Source of the DNA: an uncultured Collinsella sp.
GTDB taxonomy: Bacteria; Actinomycetota; Coriobacteriia; Coriobacteriales; Coriobacteriaceae
NCBI GenBank assembly: GCA_958429345.1
Contig: CAUAJK010000004.1
Coordinates: 14,781 to 78,780, forward strand
DNA length: 64,000 bases
Reading direction: 5' to 3'
The notes under the pieces are model-generated. The model did not search any database. It was given only the letters and a program-made list of their open reading frames with translations, and had not been told where the DNA came from. Made by a program: the position numbers and the translations under genes. Below, piece by piece: positions 37,270 to 46,634 of this stretch (positions are counted from its first letter, which is position 1; each line of letters starts with the position of its first letter).

Positions 37270-39987
37270 TCAGTTGTTATTGCCGCCATCGAGCAATGCC
37301 TCAAAATCCTTCGCCGGCATGGGGCGGTAGTAGAGGAAGCCCTGAGCGTAGCGGGCGCCCATTTGTCGTAGCATGTTTGCCTGCTCATTTGTCTCGACGC
37401 CTTCAACCACGACGGGCAGATGGAGCGACTGCGCCATCTCGAGCATCGATGACACGATCTGCGCGCTGCGGCCTTGATCGCGGTCGGTGGGCACAAAGGT
37501 GCGGTCGAGCTTGATGACGTCGACGTTGACGTTCTTGAGCATCGCGAGCGTGGACTGGCCGGTGCCAAAATCGTCCATGTAGGTCGAGAAGCCACGGGTG
37601 TGCAGATCCGCGGTCAGCTTATCCACGGCCTCGGACTCTCCGGTATAGGCGGTCTCGGTGATCTCGATGTGCATGAGTTCGGGCGGCAGGTTGTACTGGG
37701 CGGCGAGCGACCCCATATGCTCGGCGACATCGCAGGCAAGAATGTCTACGCGCGACACATTGAGGGAAATCGGAACCACGCGAAGTCCTCGATTGAGGCG
37801 CTCGCGGAGCCACATGGCGACGCCCTGCCAAACATATTTGTCGAGCGTCACTACAAAGCCGCTTTCCTCGAGTGCGGGGATAAACGTTGCGGGCGAAATG
37901 AGAGAGCCGTCCTTGTCAATCCAGCGGGTGAGTGCTTCGGCGCCAATAATCTCGCCGGTTTCCATATCGACCTGGGGCTGAAGATAGTACGTGATGCGAC
38001 CATTTGACAGCGCGTACTGGAATTCGGTCAGCGTGCGGTTGAACACGATTTCGCGCTTGTACTCCTCGGGGCAAAAAATGGCAATGCGCTCCTTAAAGTC
38101 GTTTTTTGCGCGCCGATTGGTAAACATGGCCTTTGCCTGCGCATCGATGGTGATCTCCTCATTGGAATCGATGGGGTAAACGCCCATGGACGGCCAAAAA
38201 CCTACGCCGCCATCATGCCTGGCTACTGCCTCGCGAACGCGGTTGTAGATTTGATGGACGGTGATGTGCTTAAAGGGGATGAGTACGCAAAAGTCATCTT
38301 GGCCCCAGTACCCTGCGACGCCCATGCCGGCATTCTCGATGTCCTTGAGGACCGTGCCCACATCGGCAAGCAGGCGGTCGCCTTCGGCCTGTCCATACCA
38401 TTCGTTAAACAGGCGCATGTGGCCCATGTCGACCGTGGCGATGCACCAGGCGCCGTCGCGCCTTGCCTTGATGAAGGCATTGGCACGGCGCCTAAACTCG
38501 CTGGGTCGGTAGAGACCGGTGAGCATGTCGAGGTGCTCGGCGACGGCGCCTTTGCGTTCCATCTCGGGTATGGGCAGACTGTCGTTGGGAACAAGTCCGC
38601 CGGCCGTGCGAAGGCGACGATCGAGTTCGCCCAAAACAGTCGATGCTTGGGAGTCCAGGCGTTCGTAAAAGGTCGGGACGACAAGACAGACGGGAGCAAT
38701 GGTGTCGCCTGCGATTTGCACAGGAGCGAAAACGGCTTCTTTAAGGTGGCGGGTCAGTTGCTCGAATGCCTCGTGGTCCAGGTCGTTGCTGAGCACGACG
38801 AACTGGACGCTACGTGAACGGTAGACCCTGCTCCTGCCGCGGGTGATCGACAGCATGCGGCCTGCGTATTCGGCGAGCATGTTGTCGACAGCCTCGGCCC
38901 CGTAAAGCTCGTTGAGCTTTGTCGTGCCACGAACGCGCACCGCTATAAGGCCCGTCTCGCAACGGTCGCAACGACAGGCGTCGATGGCATTGACCAACAT
39001 GCGCTGGGTGCCGAGGCCTGTCGCGGCGTCGACGGTTTCGGCAAGTGAGTGGTTGACGAGCTCGCCGACATAGAGCGAGGGGACATTTTCGTCGCCGTCG
39101 ATGCGAAACCCGCGAGCACGGCAGAGGACGTAGTCGCCGACGGCATTGCGCACACGATACTGCATGACGCGACGGTGCTTGGTGCCGTTATAGACTTGGT
39201 CGATGTCGTTGATGTAGGCCTCAAGGTCATCGGGATGCACGCGCGTTTTCCAGTAATCGCGACAGTTGTCTATGTGCTCCGAGGGAAGGCCAAGATCGCG
39301 CAAGGCGCCTTGTGACCAAAGGGTGCGATGTTTGTCCAAGTTCTCGATAAAGAAATAGCGGCCTTCGTTGAGCATCGAAAAGGCGTCGAAAATGCGATCG
39401 CTTATTTCGAAGTCGTCGGCGTGGACTTGCGTGATATTGCGTCGATCAAGGTGCATGGCATGACGTAGCTTGTAGTCGTACATGCGATGGTCGGCATCGA
39501 GCGTCATGCGATTGGGGGCTTCGCCCAGGGCGGGGTCGGCATACGACACTCCATAGCTAAACGAGCGGGGCATCTCGGAATCGTTGTTTTTGAGCAGGAC
39601 CGTTCGGCAGCGTTCCAGACGTTCGGCGAGGTCGTCCTCGGTTGCAATCGTAGATAGGATGGCAAACTCGTCGCCGCCTATGCGAAACGCCGCCTCGTCC
39701 ACTTTCATATACAGCTTGAGATAGAGACTTACCTGCAAGATGTAGCGGTTGCCCTCGTCATGCCCAAAGACGTCGTTGCAGTGCTTGAGGTTGTCGATAT
39801 CGACGTACGCCATGGTAACGGGGGTGTCCTGCTCCCAGAGCTCCTCGAGGGAGCGGGCAAAGCCGCCACGGTTGCCAAGCCCGGTAAGCTGGTCGGTAAA
39901 GGCGGTCCTGATCAGATCCTCCTGACGCTTGAGAAGGTCGCGGACGGTCTTTTCGAGCGTTTCGGTGTAATTGCTGACAGTATCCAT
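37270..39987 (-). CDS. GGDEF - PAS-like - two degenerate GGDEF - EAL protein
   Basis: The N-terminal domain has RIGGDEFAILST. The paralogous PAS-like and degenerate domains match those of 35613-37142. The C-terminal EAL domain has EALTRW and DDFGTG. Confidence 0.85.
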   Translation of the reverse strand: MDTVSNYTETLEKTVRDLLKRQEDLIRTAFTDQLTGLGNRGGFARSLEELWEQDTPVTMAYVDIDNLKHCNDVFGHDEGNRYILQVSLYLKLYMKVDEAAFRIGGDEFAILSTIATEDDLAERLERCRTVLLKNNDSEMPRSFSYGVSYADPALGEAPNRMTLDADHRMYDYKLRHAMHLDRRNITQVHADDFEISDRIFDAFSMLNEGRYFFIENLDKHRTLWSQGALRDLGLPSEHIDNCRDYWKTRVHPDDLEAYINDIDQVYNGTKHRRVMQYRVRNAVGDYVLCRARGFRIDGDENVPSLYVGELVNHSLAETVDAATGLGTQRMLVNAIDACRCDRCETGLIAVRVRGTTKLNELYGAEAVDNMLAEYAGRMLSITRGRSRVYRSRSVQFVVLSNDLDHEAFEQLTRHLKEAVFAPVQIAGDTIAPVCLVVPTFYERLDSQASTVLGELDRRLRTAGGLVPNDSLPIPEMERKGAVAEHLDMLTGLYRPSEFRRRANAFIKARRDGAWCIATVDMGHMRLFNEWYGQAEGDRLLADVGTVLKDIENAGMGVAGYWGQDDFCVLIPFKHITVHQIYNRVREAVARHDGGVGFWPSMGVYPIDSNEEITIDAQAKAMFTNRRAKNDFKERIAIFCPEEYKREIVFNRTLTEFQYALSNGRITYYLQPQVDMETGEIIGAEALTRWIDKDGSLISPATFIPALEESGFVVTLDKYVWQGVAMWLRERLNRGLRVVPISLNVSRVDILACDVAEHMGSLAAQYNLPPELMHIEITETAYTGESEAVDKLTADLHTRGFSTYMDDFGTGQSTLAMLKNVNVDVIKLDRTFVPTDRDQGRSAQIVSSMLEMAQSLHLPVVVEGVETNEQANMLRQMGARYAQGFLYYRPMPAKDFEALLDGGNNN

Positions 39988-40305
39988 GTCGTAAGCGGCT
40001 TTCTGAGGTCGGGCGAATTGCGTCGGGCGAGCTCGTTGTGCACACGCGTTGTTGTTCGGCGCTTTGCGTGTATCCAGGCCCCCGCCTTGCTGCGTTGTTG
40101 GGTTAATTTACCGGCTAATGTTCGCTGTTGATAACTGCTGAGTAGTATAAACAACAGTGCAGAATTATATATGGGTGTACATGCTGCGGGCGGCTATTAT
40201 TCGCCAAACCGCAACGCCTGGGTGCGCATGAAAAATGCGACTGGGGCGGTATATGTTGACGGGTATACTTGTCCCGGTTTTAAACGCAGGAACGGAGATG
40301 GTCGC

Positions 40306-41175
40306 ATGACACAGCCAAATATGACGCGCACGGTGGGGCTTGCACTCGAGGGAGGCGGCTACCGCGGTATGTATACGGCGGGCGTGCTCGACGTTTGGAT
40401 GGAGCACGGTTTGACCTGCGACCATATGGTGGGTGTCTCGGCGGGCGCGGCGTTTGGCTACAACTTTAAATCGCGCCAGATCGGCCGCGCCATTCGCTAT
40501 AACAAGGCTTATTGTGCCGATAAGCGCTATGCGGGTGTAGCAAGCTGGCTGCGGACCGGCGATATGTTCAATTCCGATTTTGCCTATCACGAGGTGCCCA
40601 TCGAGCGCGATCCCATCGACTTGGAGGCGTATCGCGCCTGTCCCATGCGGTTTACGTGCGTGTGCACCGATATCGAGACGGGCAAGGCCGTCTACCACGA
40701 CCTGCCCTATGGCGACGAGCGCGATATCGAGTGGATCCGGGCATCGTCGGCGATTCCTGTGGCGACGCGTCCCGTTGCTATTGACGGGCATAAGTATCTG
40801 GATGGTGGCGTGGCTGATTCTATTCCCAGTGCATGGCTGTTTGCGCAGGGGTATGACCGCAATATCGTGGTACTCACGCAGCCGGCGGGCTTTGTGAAGC
40901 AGCCCAACAGCGTGATGCCCATGCTGCGTCGCGTGTTCCGTCACTACCCGGAGTTTGTCGCAGCGCTTGAGCATCGGCATGAGGTTTACAATGCCACGCT
41001 CGATGACCTGGCACGTCGCGAGGCTGCCGGCGAAATCTTTGTGGTGCGTCCGAGCGAATCGGTGAAAGTGCCGTCGCTGTGCCGCGAGCCCGATGAACTT
41101 GAGCGCATCTATCAGATCGGCCGCCGCGATGCGGAGGCGACTTTGCCGGCGTTGGAAGCGTATCTGGCGGGGTAA
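40306..41175 (+). CDS. Patatin-like phospholipase family protein
   Basis: Oxyanion GLALEGGGYRG and nucleophile elbow GVSAGA. Aspartate motif in YLDGGVADSIP. Confidence 0.85.
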   Translation: MTQPNMTRTVGLALEGGGYRGMYTAGVLDVWMEHGLTCDHMVGVSAGAAFGYNFKSRQIGRAIRYNKAYCADKRYAGVASWLRTGDMFNSDFAYHEVPIERDPIDLEAYRACPMRFTCVCTDIETGKAVYHDLPYGDERDIEWIRASSAIPVATRPVAIDGHKYLDGGVADSIPSAWLFAQGYDRNIVVLTQPAGFVKQPNSVMPMLRRVFRHYPEFVAALEHRHEVYNATLDDLARREAAGEIFVVRPSESVKVPSLCREPDELERIYQIGRRDAEATLPALEAYLAG

Positions 41176-41276
41176 GGGTCGCATGCGGAAAGCGCATCCC
41201 GGAATGGAGGTCCAAACTGGGATGCGCTTTCCGTTGCTGAAGATATGAGGCTGCGAATCAGCTGCTTGGCCTAGGC

Positions 41277-41972
41277 TTATGCCTGCTGCCAGGTGTCGAC
41301 AAGCTCCTTGGCGGCGGCGTGGGGGTCATCGGCGCTGCAGACAGCGCTCACCACAAAGAAGCCGTCGACGCCGGTGGCCTTGAGCTGCGGCAGGTCGGCC
41401 GTCTTGACGCCGCCGCCCACCACGATGGGCACGGGGCTTGCCGCGTGGAGTGCGGCCAGGTCCTCAAAGCTCTTGGTGATGATGGAGCCATCGGCTGCGC
41501 GTCCGCAGTCGCGCTTGGTCTCGGTCTCGTGGAGCGGGCCGATGCCCAGGTAGTCGACCAGGCTCATGTCGGCGGTCTTGACGTACTCGAGCATCTCTTC
41601 GCAACGGGCCGAAAGGCCCACGATGGCATCGGGGCCCAGAAGCTTGCGGCAGACCTCGACGGGAATATCGCTCTGGCCCACGTGCACGCCGTCGACGGCA
41701 ATACCCTGCTCGCGTGCGGCGAGTACGCAGTCAAGGCGGTCGTCGATCAGCAAGGCGACCTGACCGGTCTTGCCGGCCTGTGCGATTGCCTGCGCGGCGT
41801 CGCCGGTCAGCGCAATGATCTCGCGGGCGCTTGCCACCTTGGAGCGCACCTGGATGCAGGTAAAGCCTGCGTCGAGCGCCTGGGCCACCACATCGCCCAC
41901 GGGGCGTCCCAGCGTGTTTTCGGGGCCGAGTACTAGATAGGCCGAGATATCAAGGTTGTCGCGGATGCTCAT
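41277..41972 (-). CDS. thiE: Thiamine-phosphate synthase
   Basis: ThiE-like TIM barrel (CIQVRSK, VDGVHVGQSD, IVVGGGV). Last gene of the riboswitch-controlled thi operon. Confidence 0.85.
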   Translation of the reverse strand: MSIRDNLDISAYLVLGPENTLGRPVGDVVAQALDAGFTCIQVRSKVASAREIIALTGDAAQAIAQAGKTGQVALLIDDRLDCVLAAREQGIAVDGVHVGQSDIPVEVCRKLLGPDAIVGLSARCEEMLEYVKTADMSLVDYLGIGPLHETETKRDCGRAADGSIITKSFEDLAALHAASPVPIVVGGGVKTADLPQLKATGVDGFFVVSAVCSADDPHAAAKELVDTWQQA

Positions 41973-42310
41973 CGTGCTTCCTCCTGCTTCTTGATCTGTG
42001 CTTCCATGCGCTCGAGCTTGCCGGTCATGGTGTCGGTAAATCCGGGACGAATATCGACTTTGAGCACGACTTCGGTGCGGATGCCCTTGCTCGCCAACAC
42101 AAAGGTCGCGTCGCGCACGACCTGCATGACCTCGTCCCAGTCGCCCTCGATCTCGGTGAACATCGAGGTGGTGCGGTTGGGAAGGCCGCTCTCGCGTATG
42201 ACGCGCACGACCTCGGCGACCTCGGCGGAGAGCTCATCGCCGGTGCCGCACGGGGCGATGGCCACGGCGACGAGCGTGTTCATGCCGGCATTGGTTGTGG
42301 GCTCGGACAT
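41969..42310 (-). CDS. MTH1187/YkoF family thiamine-binding protein
   Basis: A 113-aa ferredoxin-like fold protein (VAVAIAP.G....SAEVAEVVRVIRESGL). It is translationally coupled between thiM and thiE. Confidence 0.65.
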   Translation of the reverse strand: MSEPTTNAGMNTLVAVAIAPCGTGDELSAEVAEVVRVIRESGLPNRTTSMFTEIEGDWDEVMQVVRDATFVLASKGIRTEVVLKVDIRPGFTDTMTGKLERMEAQIKKQEEAR

Positions 42311-42313
42311 GGC

Positions 42314-43153
42314 CTATGCCTCCTCGAGCTCGAGTTGGTTATCGGCAATGTCCTGGGCGGTTGCGCGGTAGAGCTCGTCGATAAAGGCGACCTTAAAGCT
42401 TGCCGGGGCATCGGCGACGGCGGCGGCACGCGTGCCGGCAACGTTGTAGACGGCGGTACCGCAGACGGCTGCCGTAAACGGGTCGGTGGCACAGGCGTAC
42501 ACGGCCAGCACGCCGCCTTGCGAGCAGCCGCAGCCGGTGATCTTGGACATGAGCGGGCTGCCGCCGTGGGACTTGGCCACGGTCGTGCCGTCGGTGATCA
42601 GGTCGACTTCGCCCGAGACCACCACGGCGCCGCCGGTGTAGCGGGCGAGCGCCACGGCAGCATCGCGGGCGGCATCGACGGTATCGGTGGTATCGACACC
42701 GCGTACGCGGCTTAGATCGGCCGCCTTGCCCTCAAGACCCCACAGGCCGGCGAGTGCGATGATCTCGGAGGCGTTGCCGCGCACGATGGCGGGCTTGTAC
42801 TGCTTGAGCTCGTTTACCAGCTGGGTGCGCAGGCTACCGATGCCCAGGCCAACCGGATCGAGCACCCAGGGCTTGCCGGCGTCGTGTGCCGCCTTGGCCG
42901 CGCGGGGAATCGTCTGCTCGTAGACGGGGAAGAGCGTGCCCATATTGAGATAGATGGCGCCGCCGCCGGCAACGAGTGCCTCGCCCTCGTCGGGCAGATA
43001 GACCATGGCGGCCGATCCGCCCACGGCGAGCTGGGCGTTGGCGACAAAGTCGATCGTCACCGTGTTGGTGATGGAGCCGGCCATCGGATTGGTGGCGCGA
43101 ATCTCCTCCACGGCTTTGACCATATGTTGCTTAAGCTGCTCCGAATCAATCAC
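42314..43153 (-). CDS. thiM: Hydroxyethylthiazole kinase
   Basis: ThiM-like NTVTIDFVANAQLAVGGSAAM...GNASEI...GCGC. GTG start 8 nt after AAGGAGG. Confidence 0.85.
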   Translation of the reverse strand: MIDSEQLKQHMVKAVEEIRATNPMAGSITNTVTIDFVANAQLAVGGSAAMVYLPDEGEALVAGGGAIYLNMGTLFPVYEQTIPRAAKAAHDAGKPWVLDPVGLGIGSLRTQLVNELKQYKPAIVRGNASEIIALAGLWGLEGKAADLSRVRGVDTTDTVDAARDAAVALARYTGGAVVVSGEVDLITDGTTVAKSHGGSPLMSKITGCGCSQGGVLAVYACATDPFTAAVCGTAVYNVAGTRAAAVADAPASFKVAFIDELYRATAQDIADNQLELEEA

Positions 43154-43171
43154 TGCACATGCCTCCTTGGC

Positions 43172-43306
43172 ATAGAAAAGGGGCGCTGTGCATAGACAGC
43201 GCCCCTGTAAAGGCGGCATGCTCCCTACGCCAGCATTAACTGACAGGTTCAAAGGATTGGGCCCATGCCCTCTCAGCCTTGTGGTTTGCACCGCCGGCAC
43301 TCCCGC
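43172..43306 (-). promoter_or_regulatory. TPP (THI-box) riboswitch with terminator expression platform
   Basis: The minus strand reads GGGAGUGCCGG...GGCUGAGAGGG...CCUUUGAACCUGUCAGUUAAUGCUGGCGUAGGGAGC. Then comes hairpin GGGGCGCUGU-CUAUGC-ACAGCGCCCC followed by UUUUC, upstream of thiM. Confidence 0.9.
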
Positions 43307-43334
43307 ATCGAATCTGTTGTTCCCTATACTAGCG

Positions 43335-43370
43335 CACCTGCCAAAAAGGGACAGGTTTATTTTGGCTGGT
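43335..43370. repeat. GGGACAG-loop hairpin, near-identical copy of 22262-22296
   Basis: CACCTGCCAAAAAGGGACAGGTTTATTTTGGCTGGT. It lies in the divergent thiM/HAD intergenic region, which is not a terminator position. Confidence 0.85.
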
Positions 43371-43407
43371 CGTTACAATAGGTAGGACCGATACGAATGG
43401 GGGCCTT

Positions 43408-44316
43408 ATGATTAAACTTGTGCTGACCGATATGGACGATACGCTGATTCCAGCCGGGCATGACGGCGCCAGCGACTACGCCATCGAGGGCATTCATGCC
43501 ATGCAGGCGGCGGGTCTGCACTTTGGCCCGGTTTCGGGTCGCCAGCCGTCCGCGATGGGCTGGATGTTCAAAAATCGTTCCGAGTGCTTCTCGACTGGCG
43601 CGTTCTGTAACGGCCAGGTGATGTTTGTCGACGGCGAAGTAGTCGCTTCGCGCGCAATCGACAACGATGCTCTGATACGTTTGGCTGACTATCTGGAGCA
43701 AGAAACCGACGATACATTTCTAAAAGTCTACAGCCTGGGTGACGACTTTTGGGATAACGATGCCTACTGCGTGACGAGCGATCCCGAGCGCGTTCGTCGC
43801 GCCATGGAGTCGGGCGGTAATGCGTGGCTCAAAGGCGAAGAGGCCCCGTGCCGTCCTGTTGTCGATGGCGCGCCGGTGTTTAAGGCGAATATCTGGAGTG
43901 CCCGTTCGCGTGAGGAGCTCGCGGAGCTACGCGAGCGCGTTGCCGTTGAGGTACCGGAACTTTCGCTTGTGTTTCCCAACAACCGAGTGCGCCTGTTCGA
44001 CATCCTTCCGGATGGTTGGGACAAGGGCTGCGCTGCGCTGGAGCTGGCGCGCGCCTTGGGCCTGACGCCCGACGAGGTGGCCGTATTTGGCGATTCCGAT
44101 AACGATCTGCCCATGATCGATGCCGTTCCCAACTCCGTTGCAGTCGCCAATGCCAACGAGGCCGTCACGGCTGCCGCGCGCTGGCATATCGGCGCCGCGG
44201 CAGATGATGCGGTCGCCGGGGCTTTGCATCAGATTGCCGCCTGCGCCGCGACGGGGGAGATGCCGCCGTTTATGCGCCTGCCGGGTACTGCCGACGCGAA
44301 TCTCACGAACAGCTAA
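43408..44316 (+). CDS. Cof-type HAD-IIB family hydrolase
   Basis: Motif I LVLTDMDDTLI and motif IV FGDSDNDLPM. Confidence 0.85.
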   Translation: MIKLVLTDMDDTLIPAGHDGASDYAIEGIHAMQAAGLHFGPVSGRQPSAMGWMFKNRSECFSTGAFCNGQVMFVDGEVVASRAIDNDALIRLADYLEQETDDTFLKVYSLGDDFWDNDAYCVTSDPERVRRAMESGGNAWLKGEEAPCRPVVDGAPVFKANIWSARSREELAELRERVAVEVPELSLVFPNNRVRLFDILPDGWDKGCAALELARALGLTPDEVAVFGDSDNDLPMIDAVPNSVAVANANEAVTAAARWHIGAAADDAVAGALHQIAACAATGEMPPFMRLPGTADANLTNS

Positions 44317-44327
44317 GGAGACAGTCA

Positions 44328-45223
44328 TGAAGCTCCAGCAGCTCAGATATGTCGTCAAAGTTGCCGAATGCGGCAGCATTACCGAGGCCTCGCGCCGTCT
44401 CTTTGTGTCGCAGCCTTCGATTACCGCGTCGATTCGCGATCTCGAAAACGAGATGGGTGTGCACATCTTTGAGCGCACCAACAAGGGCGTCATTGTGTCC
44501 GAGGAAGGCGAGACCTTCTTGGGCTATGCGCGCCAGGTACTCGACCAGGCCGACCTGCTCGAGGGCAAGTACAAGGGCGCATCCGAGCAGGTGCCGCACT
44601 TTAGTGTGAGCTGCCAGCATTATTCCTTTGCCGTCAACGCGTTTGTCGACGTGATCCGCGAGTTCGATGCCGCGCGTTACGACTTCACCCTGCGCGAGGA
44701 GCAGACTCACGAGATTATCGAGGATGTCGCGCATATGAAAAGCGAACTGGGCATCCTGTACTTATCCGAGCATAACCGCGAGGTCATCGAGCGCATGCTG
44801 GTGGCCAACGAGCTCGTGTTCGAAGGACTCTTCTGCGCCACGCCGCATGTCTTCGTCTGCGCCGACCATCCGCTGGCGGACCGCTCCAGCGTGACGCTCG
44901 AGGATCTGGAAGACTACCCGTTCCTGTCCTACGAGCAGGGCAGCTACAACTCGTTTTACTATTCCGAGGAGCTGACCTCGACGTTCGAGCGTCGCAAAAA
45001 TATCCGCGTGCGCGACCGTGCGACGTTGTTCAATTTGGCCATGGGCCTCAACGGCTACACGGTATGCTCGGGCGTGATCAGCCATGAACTTAACGGCCCC
45101 GGTATTATCTCGATTCCGCTCGATGTGGACGAATACATGGAGATTGGCATCATCACGCGCAAGAACACGACGCTCACGCGCTACGGTCGGGCCTATATCG
45201 ACGCGATTCGTCAGCATATCTAG
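44328..45223 (+). CDS. LysR family transcriptional regulator
   Basis: MKLQQLRYVVKVAECGSITEASRRLFVSQPSITASIRDLE HTH. RBS AAGGAGA. The longer ORF from 44120 overlaps the HAD gene and is rejected. Confidence 0.85.
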
Positions 45224-45271
45224 GCTGCTGTGCTCCGCACGGTTCAAGTCTCTTTATGACAGTCCAGACTG

Positions 45272-45290
45272 ATATAGGAAGCATCTATAT
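45272..45290. promoter_or_regulatory. Candidate LysR box ATATAG-N7-CTATAT
   Basis: Inverted repeat with T-N11-A architecture. It sits between the LysR gene and the MetE-like gene, about 90 nt before the start of the latter. Confidence 0.35.
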
Positions 45291-45378
45291 CAAACTGTTA
45301 TAAACGTATGTTTTACGATGGTCATATGAGCGCTCATACTCTGTCCCAGTAAAGCAACCAATGCAAAGGGAGATATCT

Positions 45379-46512
45379 ATGAGCACTTCGATTCAACCGA
45401 ACGCGCCGTTTCGCGCCGATATTGTCGGCAGCTTTCTTCGTCCGCAGGCTGTAAAGGACGCCCGTGCCGCCTATGTCGCGGGTAAACTCGACGCTTCCGG
45501 CCTTAAGGCCGTCGAGGACGATGCCATTCGCGATTTGGTGGCAAAGCAGAAGGCCGCCGGCCTGCAGGTCATCACCGATGGTGAGTTTCGCCGCAGCTAC
45601 TGGCACCTCGATTTTATGTGGGGCCTTAACGGCATTGAACGCCGTACCTCGCGTACGGGTTATATGTTCCACGACGAGGAGACCACAGCCGACACCGCCG
45701 TGGTAACCGGCCCCATTAGCGGCGAGAACCATCCGTTCGTCGAGCACTTTAAATTTGTCAAGGCGCTCGAGGGGGAGGGCCAGGTCGCGCGGCAAACCAT
45801 TCCGGCGCCGATCCAGACGTTCTCCGAAGTCACGCTCGACCGCTGCGACGGCCAGCAGGAGAGCCTGCGCGCTGTCTATAAGACCGATGAGGAACTTGCC
45901 GACGCCATCGCAGCCGCTTATCGCACGGTGATCGCCGACCTGTACGCAGCAGGCTGCCGCAACATCCAGTTTGATGACTGCACCTGGGGCATCTACTGCG
46001 ACACCGATTTTGTCGCCAAAACCGGCATGAGCCCGGTCGACCTGCAAAAGGTAAGCGAGCTGGGCGTGGCGCTCAACAATGCCGCCATCGCGGACAAGCC
46101 CGACGATCTGGTCATCAACACGCATGTGTGCCGCGGCAACTACCACTCCACCTATGCCTTCGAGGGCGGCTATGACCCCATCGCGCCGTACCTGTTCGCA
46201 AACGAGGATGTCGATGCATTTTACCTGGAGTTCGATACGCCGCGCGCCGGCGGTTTTGAGCCGCTCAAGTACGTTGCCCCGGGCAAGAAGGTCGTGCTGG
46301 GCTTGGTGACCACCAAGGCCGCTGAGCTTGAGGACGAGGATGCCATCGTCGAGCGTATTCACGAGGCCGCAAAGTATGTTCCGCTCGAGAGCCTGTATCT
46401 GTCGCCCCAGTGCGGCTTTGCCAGCTGCGAGATTGGCAACAAGCTGACCGAGGACGAGCAATGGGCAAAGATCGCGCTGGTCAAGCGCATTGCGGAGCGC
46501 GTTTGGAAATAG
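45379..46512 (+). CDS. Cobalamin-independent methionine synthase family protein (MetE C-terminal-domain type)
   Basis: FRADIVGSFLRP...LVAKQKAAGLQVITDGEFRRSYWHLDF...HVCRGNY...SPQCGF matches the Meth_synt_2 pattern. Confidence 0.75.
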   Translation: MSTSIQPNAPFRADIVGSFLRPQAVKDARAAYVAGKLDASGLKAVEDDAIRDLVAKQKAAGLQVITDGEFRRSYWHLDFMWGLNGIERRTSRTGYMFHDEETTADTAVVTGPISGENHPFVEHFKFVKALEGEGQVARQTIPAPIQTFSEVTLDRCDGQQESLRAVYKTDEELADAIAAAYRTVIADLYAAGCRNIQFDDCTWGIYCDTDFVAKTGMSPVDLQKVSELGVALNNAAIADKPDDLVINTHVCRGNYHSTYAFEGGYDPIAPYLFANEDVDAFYLEFDTPRAGGFEPLKYVAPGKKVVLGLVTTKAAELEDEDAIVERIHEAAKYVPLESLYLSPQCGFASCEIGNKLTEDEQWAKIALVKRIAERVWK

Positions 46513-46634
46513 CGCTAGTGTTTGCAGGTGGCGGCGCGTGCGAGGCATAGTGTATCGCGTACAATGGTTCGGATCGTATCGTTCGGGCAGGTTATCCGAT
46601 ATGCCTGATCGCCCTTCCATTCGAAAGGACATCC

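Noticed and set aside
37270-41175. A CBASS-like signalling pair (nucleotide cyclase plus patatin effector), suggested by the GGDEF-EAL protein sitting divergent from a patatin-like phospholipase.
   Set aside because: The cyclase is a conventional multi-domain GGDEF/EAL protein, not a CD-NTase. The genes are divergently transcribed with a 320-bp gap. The patatin protein looks like a generic RssA/YjjU-type enzyme without a CapV-like extension.
44120-44327. An N-terminal 69-aa extension of the LysR regulator ORF that overlaps the HAD hydrolase gene.
   Set aside because: The extension is Pro/Arg-rich with no HTH. The canonical LysR N-terminus MKLQQLRYVV begins at 44328 with an AAGGAGA RBS.
45236-45262. 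tRNA-like T-loop (GGTTCAAGTC).
   Set aside because: The flanking bases (CACGG / CTCTT) cannot form a T-stem. No acceptor or anticodon arms can be drawn.
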